From Macrostomum lignano (taxonomy: Eukaryota), in NCBI GenBank assembly GCA_002269645.1, contig NIVC01002405.1:113448-177447 (forward strand): a stretch of DNA of 64,000 nt, written 5' to 3'. Positions 1-12,040 of this stretch are shown piece by piece. Position 1 is the stretch's first letter. The number at the start of each line of letters is the position of its first letter. The translations under genes and the position numbers were made by a program. A model generated the notes under the pieces. The model was not told the origin of the DNA. It saw only the letters and a program-made list of their open reading frames with translations, and did not search any database.

Positions 1-12
1 GAAAACGACAGC

Positions 13-605
13 GTGGTTGCTGCGGAGTGGGGTGGTTGCTGCGGAGTGGGGTGGTTGCTGCGGAGTGGGGTGGTTGCTGCGGAGTGGGATGGTTGCTGCG
101 GAGTGGGATGGTTGCTGCGGAGTGGGGTGTTTGTTGCGGAGTGGGGTGGTTGTTGCGGAGTGGGGTGGTTACTGAGGAGTGGGGTGGTTGTTGCGGAGTG
201 GTGTGGTTGTTGCGGAGTGGGGTGGTTACTGAGGAGTGGGGTGGTTACTGAGGAGTGGGGTGGTTGTTGCGGAGTGGGGTGTTTGTTGCGGAGTGGGGTG
301 GTTACTGAGGAGTGGGGTGGTTACTGAGGAGTGGGGTGGTTGTTGCGGAGTGGTGTGGTTGTTGCGGAGTGGGGTGGTTACTGAGGAGTGGGGTGGTTAC
401 TGAGGAGTGGGGTGGTTGTTGCGGAGTGGGGTGTTTGTTGCGGAGTGGGGTGGTTACTGAGGAGTGGGGTGGTTACTGAGGAGTGGGGTGGTTGTTGCGG
501 AGTGGGGTGGTTGTTGCGGAGTGGGTGGTTGTTTCGGAGTGGGGTGGTTGTTTCGGAGTGGGGTGGTTATTGAGGAGTGGGGTGGTTGCTGCGGAGTGGG
601 GTGGT
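13..605. repeat. G-rich 19-bp minisatellite (GCGGAGTGGGGTGGTTGYT / GAGGAGTGGGGTGGTTACT), ~30 copies
   Basis: Tandem unit read directly from the sequence; it explains the repetitive ORFs at 13-676. Confidence 0.95.
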
Positions 606-1017
606 TTCCATACAAAGCTAGTATGAAGATATATTTTAGAAGGATTTGGTATTACTGGCAATCAAGAAAAAATTAGACACAGAGGAATTTATGACCGTTG
701 AGGCAGAAAGATATTCGACACGGAGTTGGTAGCAAACTGCTGCAAGGACGGGGTTGGCGAGCTGGGGTTAGTAAGTTTTTTATTCGGCACAAAAAAAACT
801 TGGATTTTGAAACTGTGGCCGGCGACCTCAAAAAGGGCTTTTTATTTAAAGACGCCAGCAATGCTTTTTACTCGCCAAGCATTTACGTTGGCATATGGCT
901 AACCTTCACAAACACTTGTGGGTGGGTGCTGGGGCTGCTTTTCCATTCAGATACGATTGTTGACAGTGATGCTAAATATAGGTCTAATGGAATTTGAATG
1001 TTTAACTAGCGACATGC

Positions 1018-1478
<461 letters not shown>

Positions 1479-2214
1479 AAGGATAGAAGTGTCTCAGTGT
1501 CGTGACGCCTACCTGTTGTTCGAATCCTCAATAAGCCCTCTCTTGTCAGATTAGCCGAGAAAGACACTGCGATATCTGATGCAATGACCTCAAACCGACC
1601 AGCTGTTTCTCCTTCTCAAAGAGTTTGATTTGCGTCCACGCTGCGGGGAAGGTCTGTCGGGCCCTCGTGCTCCTCCTGTTGTCTCAATTTCATGCCAGAA
1701 TATTTTGGCTTCAATGCCAGGCCGCCCGGATTGGCCGAAACTGATGAATTAAAAGTGGGGCAGAAGGGAGAGTGGGTAGGTCTCTAAGCCAAGTATTAGA
1801 GCTGGACAGGCATTCATTTGCAGTGCTCTGCGGTACCCACCCACCTGGTGAGTGCGGAAGGCGATGGGGCAGGGAGGCGAATTTGCGTGAGCGCACACGG
1901 GGGCAGCAGGCAGAAGCAGATATTGCTACTGCTGCACCGGGGGGGGGGTGGGCAGCTCAAGTTAGGCAGGCAAGCAGGCGCCAAAAGTGAAAAAAGAACT
2001 GAGCGCCCGCACAGAGCCGAACACGGAGGGTCCCGGCGCCGCCCCCGTAGCTTCTTTTTCTGCTGCATTTTATTGTTTCCGCTCTGAGGTAAACAGGCGG
2101 GGCAGCAGTGAGATTAAAACTATTCGATGCGGCCGCGTGAACTAGAAAGGACATTGAAATGAGAAATTGCAAATAGCTTAACTTTTTTGAGTTTCATCTC
2201 AGCTCGTTATTCCT

Positions 2215-2695
2215 TCTGTCTCCCTCTACTGACTACTTCTCTAACCCTGTCTCTCTACTGACTACTTCTCTAACCCCTGTCTCCCTCTACTGACTACTTC
2301 TCTAACCCCTGTCTCTCTCTACTGACTACTCCTCTAACCCCTGTCTCTCTCTACTGACTACTTCTCTAACCCCTGTCTCTCTCTACTGACTACTCCTCTA
2401 ACCCCTGTCTCCCTCTACTGACTACTTCTCTAACCCCTGTCTCTCTCTACTGACTACTCCTCTAACCCCTGTCTCTCTCTACTGACTACTCCTCTAACCA
2501 CTGTCTCTCTCTACTGACTACTTCTCTAACCCCTGTCTCCCTCTACTTACTACTTCTCTAACCCCTGTCTCCCTCTACTTACTACTTCTCTAACCCCTGT
2601 CTCCCTCTACTTACTACTTCTCTAACCCCTGTCTCCCTCTACTGACTACTTGTCCAACCCCTGTCTCGATCTCTACTGACTACTTCTCTAACTCA
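2215..2695. repeat. ~32-bp pyrimidine-rich minisatellite (CTGTCTCTCTCTACTGACTACTTCTCTAACCC), ~15 copies
   Basis: Tandem unit read directly; period checked at 2280/2312. Confidence 0.93.
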
Positions 2696-3235
2696 TGTCC
2701 CTTTAATGACTACTTTTTAACATCGTATCTCCCTTTTCTTTCAATCTTAATATTCGCTCTCAATGCATGTCACAAAAAGGCCAAGACATGCTTAAATGAG
2801 TGCCTATAAAATACCACGGAACATTTTTGCCCCCACATTAGAAATTGAAAATCAATTTTCAATATATACTACTGACAATTGCCCAACTCAGTAGGCCAGT
2901 TCGGGTAGTCATTCAATTATTTAGTTTGTTATTGTCAGCGGAAAACGTTGCGAAAATCAGGATGAAGTTGAGGCAGGCAGACAGGCAGATAACAGGGGAG
3001 GCCAAGCATGGCTGCGAGAGGCACAAGCAACACAGCGCATTTGCCTTAACGCAAAAGCCCGACTTTCAAGGCTAGCATTTTGGAACACACTATCCATAGC
3101 TACAAGATTCGTACCTGGCGCGCGCACCCGCTTATCTACTGATCGCTGGCCCCAGATAGACCCCCATTTTTAAACTGGCAGGCGGGCAGCTCGGACTGGA
3201 AAGTCAGCCGGCCAGCCACAGTACAAACCGAGCCA

Positions 3236-4618
3236 ATGGACCAGCTGAGCATGCAAGAGAAGGTGCGCCGCCTCGAGCAGGAGCTGCAGTTCCGCGTCCC
3301 GGGCAGCTTCAGCTTCGGGGCCGTCGGCGGCGGCTTCAACGTCCGCGGCAGCTGCGAGGCCTTGAACTATCGCTCGGCATATTACACCACCGCCCCGCCT
3401 GCGCCGCCAACCATTCAGTCGATGCAGACGCACGAGGCTCCGCCACCGCCGCAGCAGCCGCAGCCGCCGCCCGGCCTCCTGTGCGTGAGCAACGTGGCGA
3501 GCATCCAGGACGAGCCGCAGCAGGCGCCAGCTGCAGACGATGAAGCCGCTTCTTCTAGGGGCAACAGCCGACTCGTCAGCCAGGTGTTCAGCGACTTCAC
3601 CGAAGACGAGGAGAGCGACGGGGGCGGAGGTGACGGCAGTGGACCTGGGCGACGCTCGGAGAGTCCCGCGAGCGACTTCGAGGAGGTGCCGATCGACACC
3701 GCTGACGGAGGCGGCGGCAGTCGCATCGGCGCCTGGCGTTCAGCGGCTGCTGCAGCGGCCGCCGTCATGTCCGGACGGCCAGCCAGCAGCAGCGGCGGCG
3801 GCGGCGGCGGCGGCGGCGGGCGATCAACGGCAAAGTCGGCCGCATCGACAGCTGCCGCGGCAGGCCTCAGCGAGTACATCGACGTGAACATCAGCGACAC
3901 GAAGCACCCGCCAGCGGTGCTGCCGCCACAGCCGGAGGGTCTTGCTGGCAATCGGCTGAAGCGGCGGAAGGTGTTCGAGAGCCTCCTGGCCACCGAGGCT
4001 TCCTACCTGGCTTCGCTGAGGGAGCTGCTGGATGTGTACGAGCAGCCGCTGCTGAAGCACAAGCCCAAGCTGCTGCCGAGGAGAGCCACCAGACTGATCT
4101 TCTACAAGGTTGTCCGCAGTAGCAGTAGCAGTAGCAGTAGCAATAGCAGTAGCAGTAGCAGTAGCAGTAGCAGTAGCAGTAGCAGTAGCAGTAGCAGTAG
4201 CAGTAGCAATAGCAGTAGCAGTAGCAGTAGCAATAGCAGTAGCAGTAGCAGTAGCAGTAGCAGTAGCAGTAGCAGTAGCAATAGCAGTAGCAGTAGCAGT
4301 AGCAGTAGCAGTAGCAGTAGCAGTAGCAGTAGCAATAGCAGTAGCAGTAGCAGTAGCAGTAGCAGTAGCAGTAGCAATAGCAGTAGCAGTAGCAGTAGCA
4401 GTAGCAGTAGCAGTAGCAGTAGCAGTAGCAGTAGCAATAGCAGTAGCAGTAGCAGTAGCAGTAGCAGTAGCAGTAGCAATAGCAGTAGCAGTAGCAGTAG
4501 CAATAGCAGTAGCAGTAGCAGTAGCAGTAGCAGTAGCAATAGCAGCAGCAGCAGCAGCAGCAGTAGCAGTAGCAGTAGCAGTAGCAGTAGCAGTAGCAGT
4601 AGCAGTAGCAGTAGCAAT

Positions 4619-4650
<32 letters not shown>

Positions 4651-7600
4651 CAGTAGCAGTAGCAGTAGCAATAGCAGTAGCAGTAGCAGTAGCAGCAGCA
4701 GTTGCAGAAGCAATAGCAGTAGCAGCAGCAGTTGCAGAAGCAATAACAGTAGCAGCAGCAGTTGCAGAAGCAATAGCAGCAGCAGAAGTTGCAATAGCAG
4801 TAAGCAAGCGCAATTCCCCATCCCCAGGTGCGCGAGCTGCACCAGATCCACCGCATCCTACAGATCTCGCTGCACGCCGCGGCCCTGTCCTGGGACACCA
4901 ACGAGCAGGTTGGCCACATCCTGACCGCCTCCTTCTCCAAGAGCCTGGTGCTGAAGACCTACGCCGCCTTCATCAACACGTATCCGCGCGGCCTGGAGCT
5001 CGTCAGGCGCCAGATGAAGGACAACGCGCCGTTCGCCAGCTTCCTCGGCACGGCGCAGCGGCGCAGTTCGCACAAGCTGCCTCTGCTGGGCATCCTGGTG
5101 CGTCCGGTGCAGCGCTTCCCCCAGCTGCTGCTGGTGGTCAAGGACCTGCTGAAGTACACGGAGCCCGACCATCCTGACCGGTACGACCTGCTGTACGCGC
5201 AGACTCAGATCGAGCACCTGGCCAGCCAGCTCAACGACATCAAGCGCGACAGCGAGCAGCTCATCTCGGCGCGCCAGATGCTCCGCGCCCTGGGCGTCCA
5301 CTCCAAGTCGGCGCTGAAAAACTCGCGAATCCGCATCGTCCGCGAGGATGACGTCAGCGAGCTCCGGGCAGACCGGCAGCAGCAGCACGCGGGCGGCATG
5401 CGGATCATCCTGACGACCTACTATGTCCTCTGCACGGGTGCCAGGCGCCGCGGCGGCCCACAGGAGCTGCTGTGGTACACCAAGCTGGAGGATGTCCGCC
5501 TGTCCGGGACCTCGCTAACGCCTGACATGAAGGTCTGTTCGAATTGAATTTTAGTTCAGTTTGCAGTCAGCAATTTCCAGGGGCGTCGCTATGGATTTTA
5601 TGGTGGTGGGGGACCGAACTAAGAATTCTACACGTACGTGTACATTATTTTCAGAATTGGTGTTGTCAGCGCTTATTTTGGCGCCGCAGGCACTCATTTT
5701 GGCGCCGCAGGCTCTCATTTTGGCGCCGCAGGCACTCATTTTGGCGTCGCAGGCACTCATTTTGGCGCCGCAGGCACTCATTTTGGCGCCGCAGGCACTC
5801 ATTTTGGCACCGAAGGCACTCATTTTGGCGCCGCAGGCACTCATTTTGGCGTCGCAGGCACTCATTTTGGTGCCGCAGGCACTCATTTTGGCGCCGCAGG
5901 CACTCATTTTGGCGCCGCAGGCACTCATTTTGGCGCCGCAGGCACTCATTTTGGCGTCGCAGGCACTCATTTTGGTGCCGCAGGCACTCATTTTGGCGCC
6001 GCAGGCACTCATTTTGGCGCCGCAGGCACTCATTTTGGCGCTGCAGGCACTCATTTTGGCGCCGAGGGACTCATTTTGGCGCCGAAGGCACTCATTTTGG
6101 CGTCGCAGACACTCATTTTGGCGGCGAGGGACTCATTTTGGCGCCGAAGGCACTCATTTTGGTGCCGCAGGCACTCATTTTGGCGTCGCAGGCACTCATT
6201 TTGGCGCCGAGGCACTCATTTTGGCGCCGAGGGACTCATTTTGGCGCCGCAGGCACTCATTTTGGCGCCGCAGGCACTCATTTTGGCGCCGAGGGACTCA
6301 TTTTGGCGCCGAAGGCACTCATTTTGGCGCCGCAGGCACTCATTATGGCGCCGCAGGCACTCATTTTGGCGCCGCAGGCAATCATTTTGGAGCCACAGGC
6401 AATGATTTTAGCGCCACAGACAATAATTTTGGCGTCACAGGCACTCATTTTGGCGTCACAGGCACTCATATGGAATTATTATGGGAATTATTGATTTCCA
6501 TAACGGATCACAAGGTTGGGTGGGGGGGGGGGCAAAGCATTGGAATATACCAGCTTCTCGTGACTAAACTGTATTTTGCCTAACCGGCAATTTGAGAAAG
6601 TGGCATCAGAGGGGATGTTGAACCATCCGAGTCTAAGAATGGAAGCAGGACTATCAGCGGATGGCTCTGTTTGCAGTCTTGGTGATTACTGATGACTTCC
6701 TGACTAAGTTGGCATCCTCAAAAGGTGCAAAACAGGGAACTGATCAAAGTTCGCCAACCCATTCGCGACAGGTGAATCTGGAGGAGGTCAGCAACTACCT
6801 GAGGATTGTGTCGCAGCGCAGCACGGAGGTGCCAGAAGAGCTGGAGGAGATCTACAACAGCCTGCACAGCCTGCTGCACGATCACGCGGTCCTGGTGAAG
6901 ATCCTCAGCCTGGTCTCCACTCTCAACTTCATTTACCCGGACGTGCGGGAGGACCGGCTGCAGGCGCTGCTTGGCAACATGCAGGTGGCCATCCAGCAGA
7001 AGAACGAGGAGCTGCGCGTGGCCCAGGGCACCGTGCTGGCGCTCACCGTCAGACGGGGCATCCTCGGCGGCGGCGGCGGTGAAGTCAGCCAGTCGATCAG
7101 CAGGAAGGCATTCGACATGCGCAACAGCAGGGCCAGAGACGACTGGACCAGCGAGTTCACCATCCTGAGGCTGGCCCTGCAGCCGGAGAACAATGCGGCG
7201 TGGATCACCGAGATGCTGGACGACTTGGGCCTGCAGTCGCATCAGCGGACGCCGCTGCTGGTTGGCGTCAAGGCGTGCGACCTGAGCAGGTCGATGTTCC
7301 AGGTGGGCTGCTGGGGGCTACGCGGGTTTGCAGTGCGAACGCTTTTTTGAGAAAATTTTCTAGGGAGGAGAAAATAGCCGAAGATGTACATTTGCTAGGG
7401 GGAGAAAATAGCCGAAGATGTACATTTGCCAGGGAGGAGAGAAAATAGCCGAAGATGTACATTTGCTAGGGGGAGAAAATAGTAGCAGATGTACATTTGC
7501 TAGGGGGAGAAAATAGTAGCAGATGTACATTTGCCAGGGAGCAGAGAAAATAGCCGAAGATGTACATTTGCTAGGGGGGAGAAAATAGCCGAAGATGTAC

Positions 7601-10428
7601 ATTTGCTAGGGGGAGAAAATAGCCGAAGATGTACATTTGCCAGGGAGGAGAGAAAATAGCCGAAGATGTACATTTGCTAGGGGGAGAAAATAGTAGCAGA
7701 TGTACATTTGCTAGGGGGAGAAAATAGTAGCAGATGTACATTTGCCAGGGAGCAGAGAAAATAGCCGAAGATGTACATTTGCTAGGGGGGAGAAAATAGC
7801 CGCAGATGTACATTTGCTAGGGGGAGAAAATAGCCGCAGATGTACATTTGCCAGGGGGGAGAGAAAATAGCCGAAGATGTACATTTGCTAGGGGGAGAAA
7901 ATAGTAGCAGATGTACATTTGCCAGGGAGCAGAGAAAATAGCCGCAGATGTACATTTGCCAGGGGGGAGAGAAAATAGTAGCAGATGTACATTTTCCAGA
8001 GAGCAGAGAAAATAGCCGCAGATGTACATTTGCCAGGGGGAGAGAAAATAGCCGAAGATGTACATTTGCTAGGGGGAGAAAATAGTAGCAGATGTACATT
8101 TGCCAGGGAGCAGAGAAAATAGCCGCAGATGTACATTTGCTAGGGGGAGAAAATAGTAGCAGATGTACATTTGCCAGGGAGCAGAGAAAATAGCCGCAGA
8201 TGTACATTTGCTAGGGGGAGAAAATAGTAGCAGATGTACATTTGCCAGGGAGCAGAGAAAATAGCCGCAGATGTACATTTGCTAGGGGGGAGAGAAAATA
8301 GTAGCAGATGTACATTTTCCAGAGAGCAGAGAAAATAGCCGCAGATGTACATTTGCCAGGGGGAGAGAAAATAGCCGAAGATGTACATTTGCTAGGGGGA
8401 GAAAATAGTAGCAGATGTACATTTGCCAGGGAGCAGAGAAAATAGCCGCAGATGTACATTTGCTAGGGGGAGAAAATAGTAGCAGATGTACATTTGCCAG
8501 GGAGCAGAGAAAATAGCCGCAGATGTACAATTGCTAGGGGGGAGAGAAAGTAGCTGAAGATGTACATTTGCCAGGGAGCAGAGAAAATAGCCGTAGATGT
8601 ACATTTGCTAGGGGGGAGAGAAAATAGCAGAAGATGTACAATTGCTAGGGGGGAGAGAAAATAGCCGCAGATGTACATTTGCTAGTGGAAGAGAAAGTAG
8701 CTGAAGATGTACATTTGCCAGGGAGCAGAGAAAATAGCCGTAGATGTACATTTGCTAGGGGGGAGAGAAAATAGCAGAAGATTTAGCCAAAATAGCCGAC
8801 TCCGGGCAATACCGCAGGTGACCTGCGCCACCCCGGTGTGCCTGCTCAACGGCAGCATCCTGAAGACGCACATCTGGTGCGCGGCCAGTGACGGCAGCGT
8901 GGCGGTGTTTTCACTCTACAACCAGAGCCTGGAGATGACGGAGACTTTCCGCCCGGTGGACGCCTACGTGACGGCAGCCGCGGTGGTGCCCGGCTGCCCG
9001 ACCTCCAGCCAGAACAAGGAGGACGAGGTGTGGATGGCCACGGACACGGCCGAGATCTTCCTGCACAGCACCGTTGAGTCGAAGCGCCGCGAGCCTCGCA
9101 AGAAAGTTGACGTGCCCGCCACGGTGACCAGCATGCTGTGCTGGGACAAGAGCATCTACTGCGGCGACGTCAGCGGCAACCTGCTGTGCTTCAACCAGAA
9201 CCTGCTGGGCAACTGGAACCTGCAGGACCCGGAGGTGCAGAGCATCGCCGACTGGCCGCTGCGAAACCTCACCGTAAGTCAAGACGGCCAGCAGCTGCTG
9301 ATGAGCAGCGGGCCCTGCATCATCTCCCTCGGCCTGGAGAGCCTGCGTCAACTCAGCCGCACCGACCTGTCGCTGGAGGACGCGGACGACAACGATGAGG
9401 CCACGAAGATGGGCGGCAGCGGCGGTGGTCACGTGCGCAGCTTCCTGCTGGCTGGCGAGGGCCTCTGGGTCTGCTTTGAGAACCGGCCGTACGTGCGGCT
9501 GTACTACCGGCCGGACATGCGCCTGGTGCAGACCTTCGACATCCGGCCCGCCTTCGCTAAGGTCAACGCCAAGACGCACCGCCATCCGGAGAGCACGGTG
9601 CCGGCCGCCACCGCCGTGGCCGTGACCCGAGGCCTGCTCTGGGTCGGCACCTCGGTCGGCCTGCTGTACCTGCTCAGGACGCCCCGACTCGACGGCGGAG
9701 TCCCCGTGGCCTTCGGTCCGCCACTGATCTGCTGCCACTCGCACCGCGGCCCGATCACGGCGCTGCTCACCTACAGGAACATCAAGGACACGGTCGTGTC
9801 CACCGTCACCTTCGACGAGCAGGAGGCGGAGTCGGAGCCGGGCGCCGGCGAGGCAGACGGACGGGCGGCAACGCCATCTGACGCGGAGTCCTCCGGCGGG
9901 CTGGACAGCTCCGGCTCCACCAGCGGCCTCTACCGACTGAAGATGGTCGTCGACGAAGCCGAAGCAGCCGATGCCGCCGATGATGCCGCCGCCGCAGCTA
10001 TACGTCGAAAGTCGACCGCCGTGGCCAGGGTGTCGGTGGCGCCGAACATGCAACGCTGGGCATCTAACCCCAACCTGCTGATCAGCGAACGGCTGCGCAA
10101 CCAGCAGCTGCACACGCCAGAGACGGATGTGCGGAAGCTGTACGGCTCGCTGCTGCAGCTGGACTCTGGCTGCTCCCACCTGGTGGACATTGACTTTGGC
10201 GACGCTGCTGAAGCTTCGTCAGTAGTCGGGGCAGAGGACGAGAAGCTCAGCGACATAGAGGAAGAGGAGGCGGTGAACGACGTCGTGGACGCGGCGGCGG
10301 CTGCCATCGGGCGGGTCGGGCCGGAAATCGTGGTGTCCTTCGGCCCGGGCTACCGGGACATGCTGCACCGGCCGCAGTGCCCCGGGGAGGAGGGCGCCAG
10401 CCTGATGGCCTTTTACTCGACATCCTAG
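3236..10428 (+). CDS. Rho guanine-nucleotide exchange factor, ARHGEF10/ARHGEF17 family (DH-PH-like region, coiled segment, C-terminal WD40-like propeller)
   Basis: Exons 3236-4108, 4828-5532, 6772-7302, 8818-10428; all introns GT-AG and phase 0; 1239 aa from the ATG at 3236. DH motifs RRKVFESLLATEASYLASLRELL and LLVRPVQRFPQLLLVVKDLLKYTEPDHPD; propeller motifs GLWVCFE, LLWVGTSVG, CHSHRGPITALL. An in-frame acceptor at 3180-3181 suggests further upstream exons. Confidence 0.88.
4118..4800. repeat. (AGT/AGC)n trinucleotide array filling RhoGEF intron 1
   Basis: Direct. It lies between the donor at 4109 and the acceptor at 4826-4827. Confidence 0.97.
5676..6470. repeat. 21-bp minisatellite (GGCGCCGCAGGCACTCATTTT), ~37 copies, RhoGEF intron 2
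   Basis: Tandem unit read directly. Confidence 0.97.
7355..8790. repeat. 34-37-bp minisatellite (GGGGAGAAAATAGCCGAAGATGTACATTTGCTAG), ~40 copies, RhoGEF intron 3
   Basis: Tandem unit read directly; palindromic core ATGTACAT. Confidence 0.97.
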
Positions 10429-10657
10429 CCTAGTGCCAGGGCTGTGCAAGACCAACCGAACTCTGTATTTTTATCCAGACTGCTAATTCCCATTTTGATT
10501 TCGCAATTAAAACTGCAATGGCTGCAAGTCTTCCATTTGATTTCCTGAAATTTTCTACTAAAGCAGAAGCAAACTAAAATAATATGCATTTGCGATAATC
10601 TGAACTCAATGAAGCAGTGAGCCAGACTGGCAGACATCCTCCTGTATCTGAGGGTGG

Positions 10658-11445
10658 CAGTGAGTTAGGGTGTCAGTGAGTCAGGGTGTCAGTGAGTCAG
10701 GGTGTCAGTGAGTCAGGGTGTCAGTGAGTCAGGGAGTCAGTGAGTCAGGGTGTCAGTGAGTCAGGGTGTCAGTGAGTCAGGGTGTCAGTAGTGAGTCAGG
10801 GTGTCAGTGAGTCAGGGTGTCAGTAGTGAGTCAGGGTGTCAGTGAGTCAGGGTGTCAGTAGTGAGTCAGGGTGTCAGTGAGTCAGGGTGTCAGTGAGTCA
10901 GGGTGTCAGTAGTGAGTCAGGGTGTCAGTAGTGAGTCAGGGTGTCAGTGAGTCAGGGTGTCAGTGAGTCAAGGTGTCAGTAGTGAGTCAGGGTGTCAGTG
11001 AGTCAGGGTGTCAGTAGTGAGTCAGGGTATCAGTGAGTCAGGGTGTCAGTGAGTCAGGGTGTCAGTGAGTCAGGATGTCAGTAGTGAGTCAGGGTGTCAG
11101 TGAGTCAGGGTGTCAGTGAGTCAGGGTGTCAGTGAGTCAGGATGTCAGTAGTGAGTCAGGGTGTCAGTGAGTCAGGGTGTCAGTAGTGAGTCAGGGTGTC
11201 AGTAGTGAGTCAGGGTGTCAGTAGTGAGTCAGGGTGTCAGTGAGTCAGGGTGTCAGTAGTGAGTCAGGGTGTCAGTGAGTCAGGGTGTCAGTGAGTCAGG
11301 GTGTCAGTAGTGAGTCAGGGTGTCAGTGAGTCAGGGTGTCAGTGAGTCAGGGTTTCAGTGAGTCAGGGTGTCAGTGAGTCAGGGTGTCAGTGAGTCAGGG
11401 TGTCAGTGAGTCAGGGTGTCAGTGAGTCAGGGTGTCAGTGAGTCT
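10658..11445. repeat. 16/19-bp minisatellite (GTCAGTGAGTCAGGGT), ~45 copies, between the convergent 3' ends of the RhoGEF and AGO genes
   Basis: Tandem unit read directly; each unit contains TGAGTCA. Confidence 0.96.
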
Positions 11446-12040
11446 ATGACCGGTAGTGATCATAATTGATATCAGCGCCAAATAAACATGAAAACAAAAC
11501 ATACAATGAATTTAGGATAATGTGACAGCACAATCAGCAGCTGTAATTAATCTCGCCCAGAGCAGCAGCAGAACAAAGTACGAGTATATATTTAAAGTTA
11601 AACGAGCAGACAAACAAAGCTGCCAGCCTACAATGATCAACAGCTGACATGCGGGCCTCAGCAGCCAGAGATCTCGCATCAATAAGAAAATGGTACAAAT
11701 AAGTTCAACGCGCTTATATTGTAAAAACTGTAAGCCATTGGGAAAACAATGCATAAATTAAAAGGAATAAACAAAAAAACACAGGGACAACCGGACATGG
11801 ACAGACGGGAATACAGAGACATAACTATTGCGCAAATTGACTATTAATAAATGTTATTGACAATAAAATTAATGCATATAAAAAACCGCAGACAAGATGA
11901 ATAACCAAGAATGCTTTCGTTTTCAAATTGCAGCTTAATTTTTCGCATAATAAAAAAACTGAGGGAATGCAGGTAAAAAAACCGAGATAAGTTAATAACA
12001 ATGGGATATGTTGAGCATTCCAGCTGCCCAGAGCAGCGCA

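Noticed and set aside
1560-2200. GC-rich segment with several short ORFs, and a faint similarity (GTGAGCGCrCAC..GGGGGCAG) to 39130-39160
   Set aside because: No recognisable protein, splice-consistent exon or TE hallmark; the match is too short to call.
3824-5177. Poly-Leu, poly-Cys/Tyr, poly-Ala/Thr and poly-Ala/Val ORFs
   Set aside because: Alternative frames of the intronic (AGT/AGC)n array.
5544-8873. Long repetitive ORFs in RhoGEF introns 2 and 3
   Set aside because: Stop-free frames of the 21-bp and ~35-bp minisatellites, bounded by canonical splice sites.
8911-10307. 422-aa and 125-aa minus-strand ORFs
   Set aside because: Antisense shadows of the GC-rich RhoGEF last exon.
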